NCBI GenBank assembly: GCA_024679065.1
Contig: JAGIQG010000037.1
Coordinates: 14,942,001-15,006,000, forward strand
Direction of reading: 5' to 3'
DNA from: Sphyrna mokarran
Lineage: Eukaryota
Length of the DNA: 64,000 nt
The number at the start of each line of letters is the position of its first letter. The first letter of the stretch is position 1. The notes under the pieces are model-generated. The model saw nothing but the letters and a program-made list of their open reading frames with translations. It was not told the DNA's origin and did no database searches. Of the stretch, positions 35,492-48,652 are shown piece after piece. A program made the translations under genes and the position numbers.

Positions 35492-38400
35492 CTGGGGAAA
35501 TGAGAAGAGAGAGCTTTGTCTTTACATAATGTCCTTCCCCACGCCCCACCCAGGAACACTGAAACAGAAAAACTCGGAGCAGGAGAAGGCCCTTCAGCCC
35601 TTCGAATCCGTTCCGTCAATCACAGCTGATCACCAAATTCAATATCCTGCCTCGGCAAAGCTAGGATCATTTTTATTTATTTGTCCCAAGTTGGTTTACA
35701 TTAACACTGCAATGAAGTTGCTGTGAAAATCGGGTAACACTGAGGGAGAACTTAGCGCGGCCAACGCACCCTAACCAGCGCGTGGGAGGGAACCAGAGCA
35801 GCCGGAGGAAACCCATGCAGGCACGGGGAGAATGTGCAGACTCCACACAGACCCAAGCCAGGTATCGAACCCGGGTCCCTGGCGCTGCGAGGCAGCAGTG
35901 CTAACCACTGTGCCATCCTGCCCACTCTATAATCCAGGATCCCTCGCACCCCGGACATTCTCTCTTCCACCTTCCTCCATCAGGAAATAGATATAAAAGT
36001 TTGAGGTCACGCACCGACCGACTCAAGAACAGCTTCTTCCCTGCTGCTGTCAGACTTTTGAACGGACATACCTCGCATTAAGTTGATCTTTCTCTCCACC
36101 CTAGCTGTGACCGTAACACTACATTCTGCACTCTCTCCTTTCCTTCTCTATGTACGGTATGCTTTGAATGTATAGCACACAAGAAACAATACTTTTCACT
36201 ATATCCCAATACATGTGACAATAATAAATCAAATCCTCCTCCCCAAAGATTCTATGAACAGTATGCTTTGTCTGTATAGCGCTCAAGGAACAATACTTTA
36301 CATCGTATCCCAATACATCTGACAATAATAAATCAAATCCTTCTCCTTGTATACTCTATGAACAGTATACTTTGTCTGTATAGCTCACAAGAAACAATAC
36401 TTTTCACTGACTCCCAATATATGTGACAATAATAAATCAAATCCTTCTCCCCATATACCCTATAAACAGTATGCTTTGTGTGTATAGCGCGGAAGAAACA
36501 ATACTTTTTACTCTATCCCAACACACGTGACAATAATAAATCAAATCAAAACATTGAGAACATTCTTTCTGAATCTACCCTGTCTAACTCTGTTAGAATT
36601 TTATAAGTTTCTATCAGATCCCCTCTCACTCTTCCAAACTCCAGCGAATATAATCCTCACCGATTTAGTCTATCCTCATATGACAGAGCTGCCATCCAGG
36701 AATCTGCCTGGTAAATCTTCGCTGTGCTCCCTCTGTAGCGAGAACACCCCCTTCCTTCGATACGGAGACCAAAACTTCACACAATACTCCAGGTGTTGTA
36801 CAATCGCAGCAAAACATCCCTATTCCTGTACTCAAATCTTCTCGCTGTCAACATACCATTTGCCTTCTCTACTTCCAAGGAATCCACTGTGAGACGTTGT
36901 AGGGTGGCAGTAACACAAAAGGGGTGGAATCCCGGAATGTGAGCACTCACCGGATAGATCCGGAATGACATTGTCCTCAGTTCTCTCGCGACGTGTCTTG
37001 TCACCTAAGGGAAAGAGGTGGAAGAGTGATTACAACTGCTGCCTCACCTCGCCAGTGACCCGGGTTCGAATCCCTGGTTTGGGTCACTCTCTGTGTGGAG
37101 TCTGCACATTCTCCCCGTGTCTGCGTGGGTTTCCTCTGGCTGCTGCGGTTTCCTCCCACATGCCAAAGACGTGCGGGTTTGGTTGACTGGCTAAATTGCC
37201 CCTCAGGGTCAGGAGGACTAGGAGGGTAAATACATTGTAAGGATGGGGGGGAGGGGGGGGAGGGGGAGGGCACAAGGATGGGCTAATGGACGGGACAGGT
37301 GCGATGGGCCGAATGGCCTCCTTCTGCACTGTAGGGAGTCTACCATTCAAATAATTGGCTTTTGCATCGAGCTCCTCCAGAACTTCGCAACGGGATTGAT
37401 TCCCCAAAGCTTCGCAACAGAAGCACAGCAAGATCCCAGACTGGGAGTGATGATGAAGCAGAGTGCTTACTTTGGGGCTTGAGCGAGGAATGTTGACCAG
37501 GGAACTGTCCCGGGGTTGCGTCATGGGACATTTGACTCGGGACCTAAATGGTGGGACACAGAATTCCGCGAAGGTCATATCTTGGAGGGCCACGACAGTG
37601 ACAGTGAGCGTTCCTTCAGCGCAGGAGCGTCAGCCGGGGAATTCCTCCCAATTCCTGGAGTGGGGATTAAACCCACAACTCTCCAACTCAGATGACACAT
37701 GAGTAACATGGAGACACACCTTTACCACTGCACTGTTTCACAGCTACTTTCGTATATATTGTTTAAATCTATCAATCTCAGAGCTCAAATTAACAATGAA
37801 TCCAGCATCGGTTCCCCTGAAGACCAAAGTCTAAAGATGTTCAGGTTAGGGTGGATTGGCCATGCTAAATTGCCCCTTAGCGTCCAAAGATATGCAGGAT
37901 AGCTGGATTGGCCATGCTAAATTGCCCCTTCGTGTCCAAAGATGCACAGTTTAGGTGGATGGCTATGCTAAATTGTTCCTTAATGTCCTTAGATGTGCAG
38001 GTTACATGGATTGGCCATGCTAAATTGCCCCTTAGTGTCCAAAGATTAGGCTAGGTGGATTGGCCATGCTAAATTGTTCCTTAATGTCCCTAGATGTGCA
38101 GGTTACATGGATTGGCCATGCTAAATTGCCCCTTAGTGTCCAAAGATGTGCAGGTTAGGTGGTTTGGCCATGCTAAATAGACCCTAATGTCCAAAGCTGT
38201 GTAGGTTAGGTGGATTGGCCATACTAAATTGCCCCTTAGCGTCCAAAGATATGCAGGTTAGCTGGGTTGGCCATGTTAAATTGCCCCTTAGTGTCCAAAG
38301 ATATGCAGGTTAGGTGGATTGGCCATGCTAAATTGCCCCTTAGTGTCCAAATATGTACAGGTTAGGTGGATTGGCCATGCTAAATAGACCCTTAGCATCC

Positions 38401-39189
38401 AAAGATGTGTAGTTTAGATGAATTGGCAGTGTTAAATTGCCTCTTAATGTCTAAAGATGTGCAGGTTAGCTGGATTGACCATGTTAAATTGCTCCTTATT
38501 GTCCAAAGATATGCGGTTTAGGTGGATAGGCTATGCTGAATTGTCCCTTAGTGTCCAAAGATAGGTTTAGGTCGATTGGCCATGCTAAATAGTCTTTTAA
38601 GGGAACAATTTTGGGGACTGCCATGTCAAGGGAACTAGCTTGGGGAAACATGTGGGGTTAGGGGGATAGAGCCTGATTGAGATTGTGGTCAGTGCAGACT
38701 CGATGGGCCAAATGGCCTCCTTCTGCAGTGTAGGGGATTCGATGAGCCTAGAACAAGGGAAGAAGGGACGTGAAGAAAATGATTCCTATTCTCACCGTAC
38801 ACAATTCAAAATTAGCTCTTGACACCTCAGTAATTTGAACTCTGCAACCAAGATGACAGAGGAATTGAAGTTACCATGGAAACCCTTCAATGAAGGCAAT
38901 CTTTGACGCCATTGGCTATTGCAGTAGAGAGGACTGAATCATCCGATCATCAAGTTTGTGTGCTTTTTTTTCCTTAAATTGCTGCTTCGATCTTTTATTC
39001 GAGTCTTCGTTCATTTGTTGACTTGCCTTGTTGAAGTTTTACAAGACATTGGCACGGCAACTCTTGTGTGCATTTGTGGTAACTCTATTTTAAAAAAGAT
39101 ATTCGTAGAAACTGGAAAGAGAGCGGAAAAGATGTACTGGGGGGATGTTACCAGGACCTGATAGTTTGAGTTGTGAGGATACACTGAGT

Positions 39190-39612
39190 TATAAGGCCGG
39201 AGTGGAGGCCCTGGAGACAGCGCAGAGGAGATTTACCAGGATGCTGCCTGGTATGGAAAGGCTGTCTTACGAGGAAAGATTGTACGCACTGGGGTTGTTT
39301 TCCCTTGAAAGACATCGGCTGAGAGGGGATCTATTAGAGGTATATAAGATTATGAGGGGTATAGATAGAGTAAATGGTGGTAAGCTTTTTCCACCATTAG
39401 AATCAAATAGAATGAGGGGTCACGGCCTTAGGGTGAGGGGGGCTATGTATAAGACGAATATTAGAGGGCATTTTTTCACACAAAGGGTAGTGGGGGTGTG
39501 GAATGCACTACCGAGTAAGGTGGTGGGAGCAGGCACGCTAGGGTTGTTTAAGGGTCTCTTGGACAGCCACATGAGCGGTCTGCAGATAGAGGGATATAGG
39601 AGGACTGTTTAA
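39190..39612 (+). mobile_element. CR1 LINE ORF2 C-terminal fragment
   Basis: QRRFTRMLPGM..SYEERL..LGLFSLE..RLRGDL..FFTQRVVGVWNALP. Confidence 0.88.
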
Positions 39613-39624
39613 ATACTTTATTTG

Positions 39625-40050
39625 TTTCCACAGGCTATTCGGTCCACCTTGTTGACCAACAAGGCGCATGCATTCGGCAGGTCGTGCGAGGGCTGCTCTT
39701 GGATGTTACTTCAGGAGTGGCCTAGTGCTTCATGTCGTTAGTGTATGCTTAAACTGGACCATCAGATGGGCAACGTGACAGCTCAGAGACTATCGCTGTT
39801 GCTGTGCAGACACATGGATTTGGGCCTGTGTCTGCGGGAGTTTGCGCGTTCTCCCCGTGGTTGCGTGGGTTTTCTCTGGGTGCTCCGGTTTCCTCCCACA
39901 TCCCAAAAATGTGCTCTTAGGCTGATTGGGTAACAAATTGTCCCTATATTGGTCTTTATATGTCATTAAGACGTTAGGACGGCGGCGCGGGCTCGTTGGG
40001 CCGAAGGGCCTGTTTCCCGTGCTGTGTTGTTCTTTGTTCTTTGTTCTTGG
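39625..40050 (+). mobile_element. Composite V-domain SINE-like repeat with a non-tRNA 5' part (3 copies)
   Basis: A shared segment (gtcgtgcgagggctgctcttggat..cctagt.cttca..gggcaac..acagctcag.gactatc) is fused to the V-domain and CR1 tail. Copies at about 8940-9330 (+) and 42365-42830 (-). Confidence 0.65.
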
Positions 40051-40860
40051 ATAGACAGGGACTTTTTGCTCTGTAGCATAGAAGGCTTACGGTAAACTTA
40101 TAAAAGTCTACAAAATAAGAAGGGGCATCGATAAGATAATCAACATCTCTTTCCAAAGGTCGGTTGGTCTAAAACTCAATGGCGTAGGTTTACTACGAGA
40201 GGCGAAAGATAGAAAAGGGACAATTTTTTTTATACAGAGGGTAGTGAGTGTCTGGAACAAGTTGCTGGAGGCAGTAGGAAAGGCGGGTACAATTTGGTCT
40301 TTTAAAAAGGGTTTAGAAAGTTACATGGGGAGTATGGGCAAAATGCGGGCAACTGGGACCAGCTAATCTTCATTGCCTTATGAAGATAGGTTGAGGGAGC
40401 TGGGTCTCTTCTCCCCAGAGAGACGGAGGTTGAGAGGTGACCTGATAGAGGTTTATAAGGTGTTGAGAGGAATAGATAGAGTGGATTCTCAGAGGCTATT
40501 TCCCAGGATTGAAATGGTCGCTACGAGAGGACACAGGTTTAAGGTGCTGGGGAGCAAGTACAGAGGAGATGTTAGAGGTAAGTTTTTCACTCGGAGGGCG
40601 GTGAGTGAATGGAATCGGTTGCTGTCAGTGGTGGTAGAGGCGAACTCGCTGGGGTCTTTTAAAAGATTTCTGGATGAGTACATGGGATTGGGAGTTACAG
40701 ATAGGTCTATGGCCTGGTAAGTATAGATATGATCGGCACAACTTGTGGGCCGAAGGGCCTGTTTGTGCTGTAGTGTTCTATGTTCTAAGTGGTTCAAAAA
40801 CAAAGGACAGCATGGACAAGTTGAGCTGAAGGGCCTGTTTCCACGCTGTAAACATTTATC
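40050..40860 (+). mobile_element. Two CR1 LINE 3' fragments
   Basis: YEDRLRELGLFSPERRRLRGDLIEVYK..FFTRRAVSEWNRL and the CR1-type 3' tail gggccgaagggcctgt. Confidence 0.85.
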
Positions 40861-41099
40861 ACTTGTCACCTTTTGTGTTAATTATTTAATCAGAGCAGGC
40901 GAAAGGTGGACCATGGAAATTAATCTCAGTTGGAGTTTTGTGATTCTGGATAAAGCAAGGCTGTAAAACCACGTCCAGAGAATCTGGAGAACTGGTACAA
41001 TAACAATGAGCTCTCTTGTTCAAGGTCAGTAAAATGGAAGAGATTGTTATCAACCTCAGGAAACGCAGAGGAGAACCTGCCCCTGTTTATGTCAAAGGG

Positions 41100-42205
41100 C
41101 TCAGATGAGGAGGATCGTGACAGACACCTCCAGACGCTGAAGGATGCCCTCGTGAGAACAGGATATGGCGCTCGACTCATCGATCCACAGTTCCGACGTG
41201 CCACAACGATGAACCGCACTGACCTCCTCAGAAGACGAACACGGGACACGGTGGACAGAGTACCCTTTGTTGTCCAGTACTTCCCCGGAGCGGAGAAGCT
41301 ACGACATCTTCTCTGGAGTCTTCAACATATCATTGATGACGATGAACATCTCGCTAGGGCCATCCCCACCCCCCCACTTCTTGCTTTCAGACAACCGCAC
41401 AACCTCAAACAGATCATTGTTCGCAGCAAACTACCCAACCTTCAGGAGAACAGTGACCACAATACCACACAACCCTGCCACAGCAACCTCTGCAAGACAT
41501 GCCGGATCATAGACATAGACGACATCATCAAACGTGAGGATACCATTCACCAGGTACACGGTACATACACTTGCAACTCGGCCAACGTTGTCTACCTAAT
41601 ACGTTGCAAGAAGGGATGTCCCGAAGCATGGTATATTGGGGAGACCATGCAGACACTACGACAGCAGATGAATGAGCATCGCTCAGCAATCACCAGGCAA
41701 AACAGTTCCCTTCCTGTGGGCGAACACTTCAGCAGTCATGGGCATTCGGCCTCCGACCTGCGGGTAAATGTTCTTCAAGGGGGCTTTCGTGATACACGAC
41801 AGCGCAGAGTCGCTGAACAGAGACTGATAGCCAAGCTCCGCACACATGAGGACAGTCTTAACAGGGATCTTGGCTTCATGACACACTATCTGTAACCCCC
41901 GTAACTTGCCTGGGTTAGCAAAAAAACCTCACTTACTGTGCTGTCTGGAGAAAATACACAATTCTCCAACAATGCTCAGGATTCCCTTCACACACATTGT
42001 TCGCCACTTTAACACTTGAATAGCAGGTTAGATGTAAGGATTCGCATTCTAATCAGCAATCCCTGACTGTCTGTGCTGATGTGTGCTATTGCAGACCAGA
42101 ACACTGAATTTGCCTGAGGAAGACACAGAGTCGAAAGCTCGCTTTTTTACTATCAAATAAATCGGTTGGATTATAAATTGGTGTTGCTAAATTCTTACTG
42201 AGTTC
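41100..42205 (+). mobile_element. 5'-truncated Penelope-like retroelement with GIY-YIG endonuclease and 3' pLTR
   Basis: ORF 41044-41895 contains TCNSANVVYLIRC..AWYIGETMQTLRQQMNEHRS..VGEHFS..RRVAEQRLIAKL..LNRD. Flanked by the 12-bp direct repeat TATGTCAAAGGG (41088-41099 and 42206-42217). Confidence 0.92.
42114..42140 (+). ncRNA. Minimal hammerhead ribozyme core in the Penelope pLTR
   Basis: CTGAGGA-A-GAC(acaga)GTC-GAAA-GCTC: conserved CUGANGA and GAAA boxes with a 3-bp stem II, at the position where Penelope-like elements are known to carry minimal hammerheads. Confidence 0.6.
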
Positions 42206-44129
42206 TATGTCAAAGGGGACAAAGGAGAAAGGATCAAGAGCTTTAACTTTCTAGGTGTCTAGATCACTAACAAACTGTCCTGGTCTCTCCATGCTGACGC
42301 TATAGTTAAGAAAGCCCACCAACGCCTCTACTTTCTCAGAAGACTAAGGAAATTTGGCATGTCAAAGAACACAGCACGGGAAACAGGCCCTTCAGCCCAA
42401 CAAGCCCGTGCCGCCATTTTAACAGTGTGAGTTCCCTCTTCCACCCTGGTCTGAGGCTTATGGAAATCCACATTGGAAACCAGATGGAGGGGAGACAATT
42501 TAGGGACAATTTGTTACACCAATCAGCCTAAGAGCACATCTTTGGGGTGTGGGAGGAAACTGGAGCAGTGGGAGAAAACCCACGCAATCACAGGGAGAAT
42601 GCGCAAACCCCCACAGACACCGGCCCAAATCCATGTATCTGCACAGCACAGCGATAGTCACTGAGCTGTTGTGTTGCCCATCAAATGGATAAGTTTGAGC
42701 GTACACTAACGATGTGAAGTACTAGGATACTCTCGAAACATCCAAGAGCAGCCCTCGCACGACCCACTGCGTGTACGTCCCTGTTGGACAACAAGGCGGA
42801 TCGAATCCCCTGTGGATTAGAAGAGAAAAACAGGTCAGCTATGACTCTCGCCAAGTTTTACAGATGCACCACAGAAAGTATTCTTTCTGGTTGCATCACA
42901 ACTTGGCATAGCTCCTGGCCTGCCCAAGACCGCACAAAACTACAGATGGTTATGAACGTAGCCCAGTCCATCAGGCAAACCAGCCTCCCATCCATTGACT
43001 CTGTCTACACTTCCCACTACCTCGGCAAAGCAGCCAATATAATCAAGGACCCCATACACCCCGAACATTCTCTCTTCCACCTTCTTCTGTTGGGAAAAAG
43101 ATACAAAAATCTGAAATCACGCACCAACTGACTCAAAAAACAGCTTCTTCCCTGCTGCTGTCAAACGTTTGAATGACCTATCATATATTAAGTTGATCTT
43201 TCTCTGCACCCGAGCTGTAACACTACATTCTGCACCATCTCCTTTCTTGCTCCCCTATATACTCTATGAATGGTATGTTTTGTTGCTTTGTCTTTATAGT
43301 GTGCAAGAAACAATACTTTTCACCGTATCCCAATACTTGTGGCAATAATAAATCAATTCTTCTCTCCTAGGAACTCTATGAATGGTATGCTTTGTCTTTA
43401 TCATGTGCAAGAAACAATACTTTTCACTGTATCCCAATACTTGTGGCAATAATAAATCAATTCTTCTCTCCTAGGAACTCTATGAATGGTATGCTTTGTC
43501 TTTATCATGTGCAAGAAACAATACTTTTCACCGTATCCCAATACTTGTGGCAATAATAAATCAATTCTTCTCTCCTAGGAACTCTATGAATGGTATGCTT
43601 TGTCTTTATCATGTGCAAGAAACAATACTTTTCACCGTATCCCAATACTTGTGACAATAATAAATCAAATCAAATCAAAACCTGCTATCCTTACCCAGTC
43701 TGGTCTACATGTGTCTCCAGAGCCACAACAATGTGGTTAAATCTCAACTGCCCCTCCAAGGGCAACTAGGGATGGGCAATAAATTCTGGCCCAGCCAGTG
43801 ACACCCATGTCCCACAAATGAATAAAATAACCCTATGTATTTACCCTAGTTAATCCCCCTGACACTTGGGGGCAATTTAGCACAACCAATCTCACCTAAC
43901 CCATGTGTCTTTCAGACTGTGGGAGGAAACCCATGCAGATACAGGAAGAACATGCAGACTCCGCACAGACAGTGATCCCAAGCTGGGAATTGAACCCGGG
44001 CCCCCAGCGCTGTGAGGCAGCAATGCTAACCCCTTATTGTCCAATAACGGATTTGAACCTGGACTAATGCTGGAGTTTGATGGTCCTTTGGGGATTGATG
44101 AGTCGAGATTAATATAGGGATGGTAGACA

Positions 44130-44870
44130 GGTCAGGTGATGGATGCTTGGGACAATTTTCCAGAAGAAGTGTTTCGATCTGTACGCAGTCAGGACCCTGG
44201 CCTTCCGATTGTTTGCCATTTTAACACACGGTCCTGTTCTCACACGTTATCCTTGGCCTGCATCGATGTTCCAATGAAGTTCGATGCAAACTGGAGTGAC
44301 AGCGTCTCACCTTCCAGCTACGCACTTCCGATCTCAACATCAAATTCAACAGCTTCAGATGGTTTGCTCCACCCCACTTCGCCGCCTTGGTTTTCATTCT
44401 ATTTTCTTTAATTTCTTTTTACTGTTCACTATCCTTTAATCCTTTATTGTTTTTCTCCAATTTTCTTCCCAATTTTTCCCCCTTCTTTATCCCTCTTCCC
44501 TCCCCTTTTCTCTCCACTGCTTCCCCTTTTCTACATTCTTCCTCTCCCCCACCAATTCCGACCCCCCCCAACATCTTCATCTATCACAGCTTCTCTGCCG
44601 TTTGACAAATCACACCCTTTATTCTCTCTATGAGCTGCCATTAGCAGCATTTCCCCTGGTTTCTGTGGCTATGACTCATCTTTCATTCCCTCCCCCTGCA
44701 ATATAAATATCTCCCACTTTCTCTGCCTTTTAGCTTTGACAGAGGGTCATCTAGCCTTGAAACGTCAGCTCTTTTCTCTCCTCACAGATGCTGCCGGACC
44801 TGCTGGGATTTTCCAGCATTCTCCCTTCTGGTTTCAGGTTCCAGCATCCGCAGTCATTTGCTTTTATCAG
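44130..44870 (+). mobile_element. Degenerate Penelope-like remnant, second family
   Basis: Encodes RSVRSQDPGLPIVCHFN..SH, followed by a pyrimidine-rich 3' region and a ttgacag..gaaacgtc..gatgctgcc.gacctgctg tail. Confidence 0.55.
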
Positions 44871-46084
44871 CAAATAATGAAAGACTAATTTAATTTGATT
44901 TATCACATGCACTGGGATACAGTGAAAAGTATTGTTTCTTGTGCGCTATACAGACAAAGCATACTGTTCATAGAGTACATAGGGAAGAAGGATTTGATTT
45001 GATTTATTATTGTCACATGTATTGGGATACAGTGAAAGTATTGTTTCTTGTGCTGTGTACAGACAAAGCATACCATTCATAGAGTACATTGGGGAGAAGG
45101 ATTTAATCTGATTTATGTACTGGGAGGAGAATGTCTCTTGTTTCCCTCCCCTCCCCCGTTTATGTTAGTTATGATGTGGAGATGCCGGCGTTGGACTGGG
45201 GTAAACACAGTAAGAGGTCTCACCACACCGGGTTAAAGTCCAACAAGTTGGATTTTTTAAAAAGTCCAACTTGTTGGACTTTAACCTGTTGTTAAATATT
45301 TCTTACTGAATTTTTGTTAGCACAAGTCTCATAATACCAGGTTAAAGTCACAGATTTATTTGAAGTCATGAGATTTGGGAGCACTGTCCTTTTATTCGAT
45401 GAGTGGGAGTTGTGTTCACAAACAGGAGATAAGCTCAATTTGCAAGATAATTGTTGGAATGTGAGTGAAAACAGGTAATCAAGTCTTAAAGGTCCAGACA
45501 GTGTAATGGAGAGAGAGCATTAAGTATTAAAGATGTGTACGTTAGGGTGGATTGCCCATTGCTGAATTTCCCCTTAGTGTCCAAAGATGTGTAGGTTAGG
45601 TTAAGGGGCCAATCCACCTAACCTGCACATCTTCGGACACTAAGGGACAATTTAGCATGGCCAATCCACCTAACCTGCATATCTTTGGACATTAAGGGGC
45701 AATTTAGCATGGCCAATCCACCTAACCTGCATATCTTTGGACACTAAGGGGCAATTTAGCATGGCCAATCCACCTAACCTGCATATCTTTGGACACTAAG
45801 GGGCAATTTAGCATGGCCAATCCACCTAACCTGCATATCTTTGGACACTAAGGGGCAATTTAGCATGGCCATCCACCTAACCTGCATATCTTTGGACACT
45901 AAGGGACAATTTAGCATGGCCAATCCACCTAACCTGCATATCTTTGGACACTAAGGGGCAATTTAGCATGGCCAATCCACCTAACGTGTACATGTTTGGA
46001 CTGTGGGAGGAAACGCACACAATCACAATACGGGAGGAGAATTTTTAAAAATTCCAGTTCAATCCAATTAAGTCCAATTCAGAG

Positions 46085-46225
46085 TCCATTCCCAGTCGAA
46101 GCTGACAAGACAGAGCTCTCACCTCCTATGAGTTGGGTTGATCTACATGATCCAAGCTGATTGGAGTAAGAATAGCTCCTTCTCCAAGGCTTGGTTTCAT
46201 TTGCAACTTAGCCAAAAGGCCAAGG
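46085..46225 (-). pseudogene. Possible U2 snRNA-headed repeat fragment
   Basis: GGCCTTTTGGCTAAG (46221-46207) equals U2 snRNA nt 11-25; the downstream sequence diverges from U2. Confidence 0.4.
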
Positions 46226-46377
46226 TGCCCCTTTTAAAGATGACTTCAAATGAAGCTAAATGCAACCTAAAGGCTTCAACCGAGCACAGCCAGTCCATAT
46301 CACACTTGGCCGAAAAGTCGACAGAGAACGCACAAACTCCACACGGTCACCAATGTGTGAATTTATCTCAAACCTAC

Positions 46378-46737
46378 CTCGTACCTGGAGAACAGATCCA
46401 TTCCCATTGAATGTCTGGACTGGGAGGGGTTTGATAATCGTGACCCGACACCTGTAGGTGCCGGTGTGGTTTGCCGTTGCCTGGGAGATGGTTAGAGTTG
46501 AGGATGTGTTCTGTAGATGGGCTGAGATAGAGAGTGTGGGCTCAGAGTGATGACACTGGAATGATTCACTCTTGTACAAAGCGCAGTTGATCTCGGTCTT
46601 CCCGAAGATCCAGCTGAAGGTGATCTCTCTCAGCTTAGCGTCCGTTGACCACAAAGTGCACGTCAGGCCGACTGCCTCTCCTTCCGTCACGCTGAGAGAG
46701 CCGGGGAGCTGGGACACATTCCCCAGCCGGCTGTGTG
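46378..46737 (-). CDS. Gene B IgV (VJ-type) domain 2, CTLA4/CD28-like
   Basis: 360-nt phase 1-1 exon (ttgtgtccag acceptor, G|GTAGGT donor). Contains VSQLPGSL, GLTC, FSW, TEINCALY..FQC (an extra Cys pair) and TGTYRCRVTIIKPLPVQTFNGNGSVLQV. Confidence 0.9.
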
Positions 46738-46844
46738 CTGGACACAAGAAAACAACATTCATTCCAGTCTCCGCTGGAGAGTACGGGATGGAGATCTCTC
46801 CAAATTCTCTTCATTACGTCTTAACCATCAGCGTGAAGAGAGAA

Positions 46845-47160
46845 GCGATGGCCTAGTGGGATTATCGCTGGACTATGAATCCAGAAACTCGGCGAATGTT
46901 CTGGGGGACCCAGGTTCGAATCCCGCAGATGGTGGAATTTGGATTCAATCAACAAAACAAAATCTGGATTTAAGAATGATCCGTTGTCGGAAAAACCCAT
47001 CCGGTTTCCTTTAGGGAAGGAAATCTGCCGTCCTCACCCCGGTCTAGCCTACATGTGACTCCAGGGCCACAGCCAATGGGGTTGACTTTCAACTGCCCTC
47101 CAAGGGCAGCTAGGGATGGGCAATAAATGCTGGAACCAGCCAGCGACACCCGTGAGTGAG
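46845..47160 (+). mobile_element. Deu-domain tRNA-derived SINE (SacSINE1-like; representative copy)
   Basis: A/B-box head (tggcctagtgg..ggttcgaatccc), body ttagggaaggaaatctgcc..catgtgactccag and tail gatgggcaataaatgc. Other copies at about 2430-2745 (-), 1680-1880, 43680-43830, 54300-54570 (-) and 62445-62762. Confidence 0.75.
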
Positions 47161-48652
47161 TGTAAAGAAGGATAACAGAACAGAGTGTAGCTCACAGACG
47201 GCAATAATATCATAAGCTGACATTTGGGAGAGAGAGGAAAAGGGAAATGAAAGCAGTTGAGAAATGAAGAACCAAAATAAAAAAGATTTAAAAACTTCTC
47301 CCCATCGGAAAGAGATCATAAGAACATCTACAACAATTGTAGAGCAGATTTGGAGCCAAAGAACGCTACGTAGAATTCTTACAGGACAGAAGGAGGCCAT
47401 TCGGCCCATCGAATCTACAACAACTCTCTGAAAGAGCGTCCCACCCGTACCCAATCCATAACCCCGTACATTTATCCCCCTAATCCACCTAACCTGCACA
47501 TCTTTGGACATTAAGGGACCATTTAGCACGGCCAATCCACCTAACCTGCACATCTTTGGACATTAAAGGGCAATTTAGCATGGCCAATCCACCTAACCTG
47601 CACATCTTTGGACATTAAGGGACAATTTAGCATGGGCAACCCACCTAACCTGCACATCTTTGGACATTAAAGGGCAATTTAGCATGGCCAATCCACCTAA
47701 CCTGCACATCTTTGGACACTAAGGGACAATTTAGCATGGCCAATCCACCTAACCTGCACATCTTTGGACATAAGGGACAATTTAGCATGGCCAATCCACC
47801 TAACCTGCACATCTTTGGACACTAAGGGACAATTTAGCATGGCCAATCCACCTAACCTGCACATCTTTGGACACTAAAGGGCAATTAAGCATGGTCAATC
47901 CTTCTAACCTGCACATCTTTGGATACTAAGGGGCAATTTAGCATGGCCAATTCACCTAACCTGCACATCTTTGTACACTAAGGGGCAATTTAGCATGGCC
48001 AATTCACCTAACCTGTACATCTTTGTACGCTAAGGGGCAATTTAGCATGGCCAATTCACCTAACCTGCACATCTTTGGACACTGATTGGCAATTTAGCAT
48101 GGCCAATCCACCTAACCCGCATATCTTTAGACAATAAAGTGCAAGTTAGCATGGCAAATCCACCTAACCTACATATCTTTGGACACTAAGGGGCAATTTA
48201 GCATGGCCAATCCACTAACCTGCACATCTTTGGACACTAAGGGACAATTTAGCATGGCCAATCCACTAACCTGCACATCTTGGACACTAAGGGGCAATTT
48301 AGCATGGCCAATCCACTAACCTGCACATCTTTGGACACTAAGGGGCAATTTAGCATGGCCAAACCACCTAACCTACACATCTTTGGACACTAAAGGGCAA
48401 TTTAGCATGGCCAATCCACCTAACCTGCACATCTTTGGACACTAAAGGGCAATTTAGCATGGCCAATCCACCTAACCTACACATCTTTGGACACTAAGGG
48501 GCAATTTAGCATGGCCAATGCCCTTAATATGTACATTTGGACTGTGGGAGGAAACTGGAGCTCTGGGGGAAACTCATGTAGACATGAAAGGTTGGGGTGA
48601 GAACATGCAAACTCCTCACAATCACCAATGTGTAAACGTATCTCAAACTTAC

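Larger units (their letters stand above)
40970..43680 (+). mobile_element. Rex1/Babar-like non-LTR element 3' part, interrupted by two insertions, with tandemly repeated 3' tail units
   Basis: Encodes IVKKAHQRLYFLRRLRKFGMS..FYRCTTESILSGCITTW..SRTN..KNSFFPAA and ends in repeated aagaaacaatacttttcac..aataaatcaa units. Confidence 0.8.

Noticed and set aside
37471-38841. Possible extra gene B exons at 37543-37471 and 38841-38796 (both have good-looking splice sites)
   Set aside because: Their lengths (73 and 46 nt) break the phase-1 frame, alone or together, unless a rare GAG acceptor at 38839 is used. Left out pending cDNA.
41044-41895. 283-aa GIY-YIG ORF as a host gene
   Set aside because: It is a 5'-truncated Penelope ORF bounded by a target-site duplication; its first residues come from the interrupted Rex1 element.
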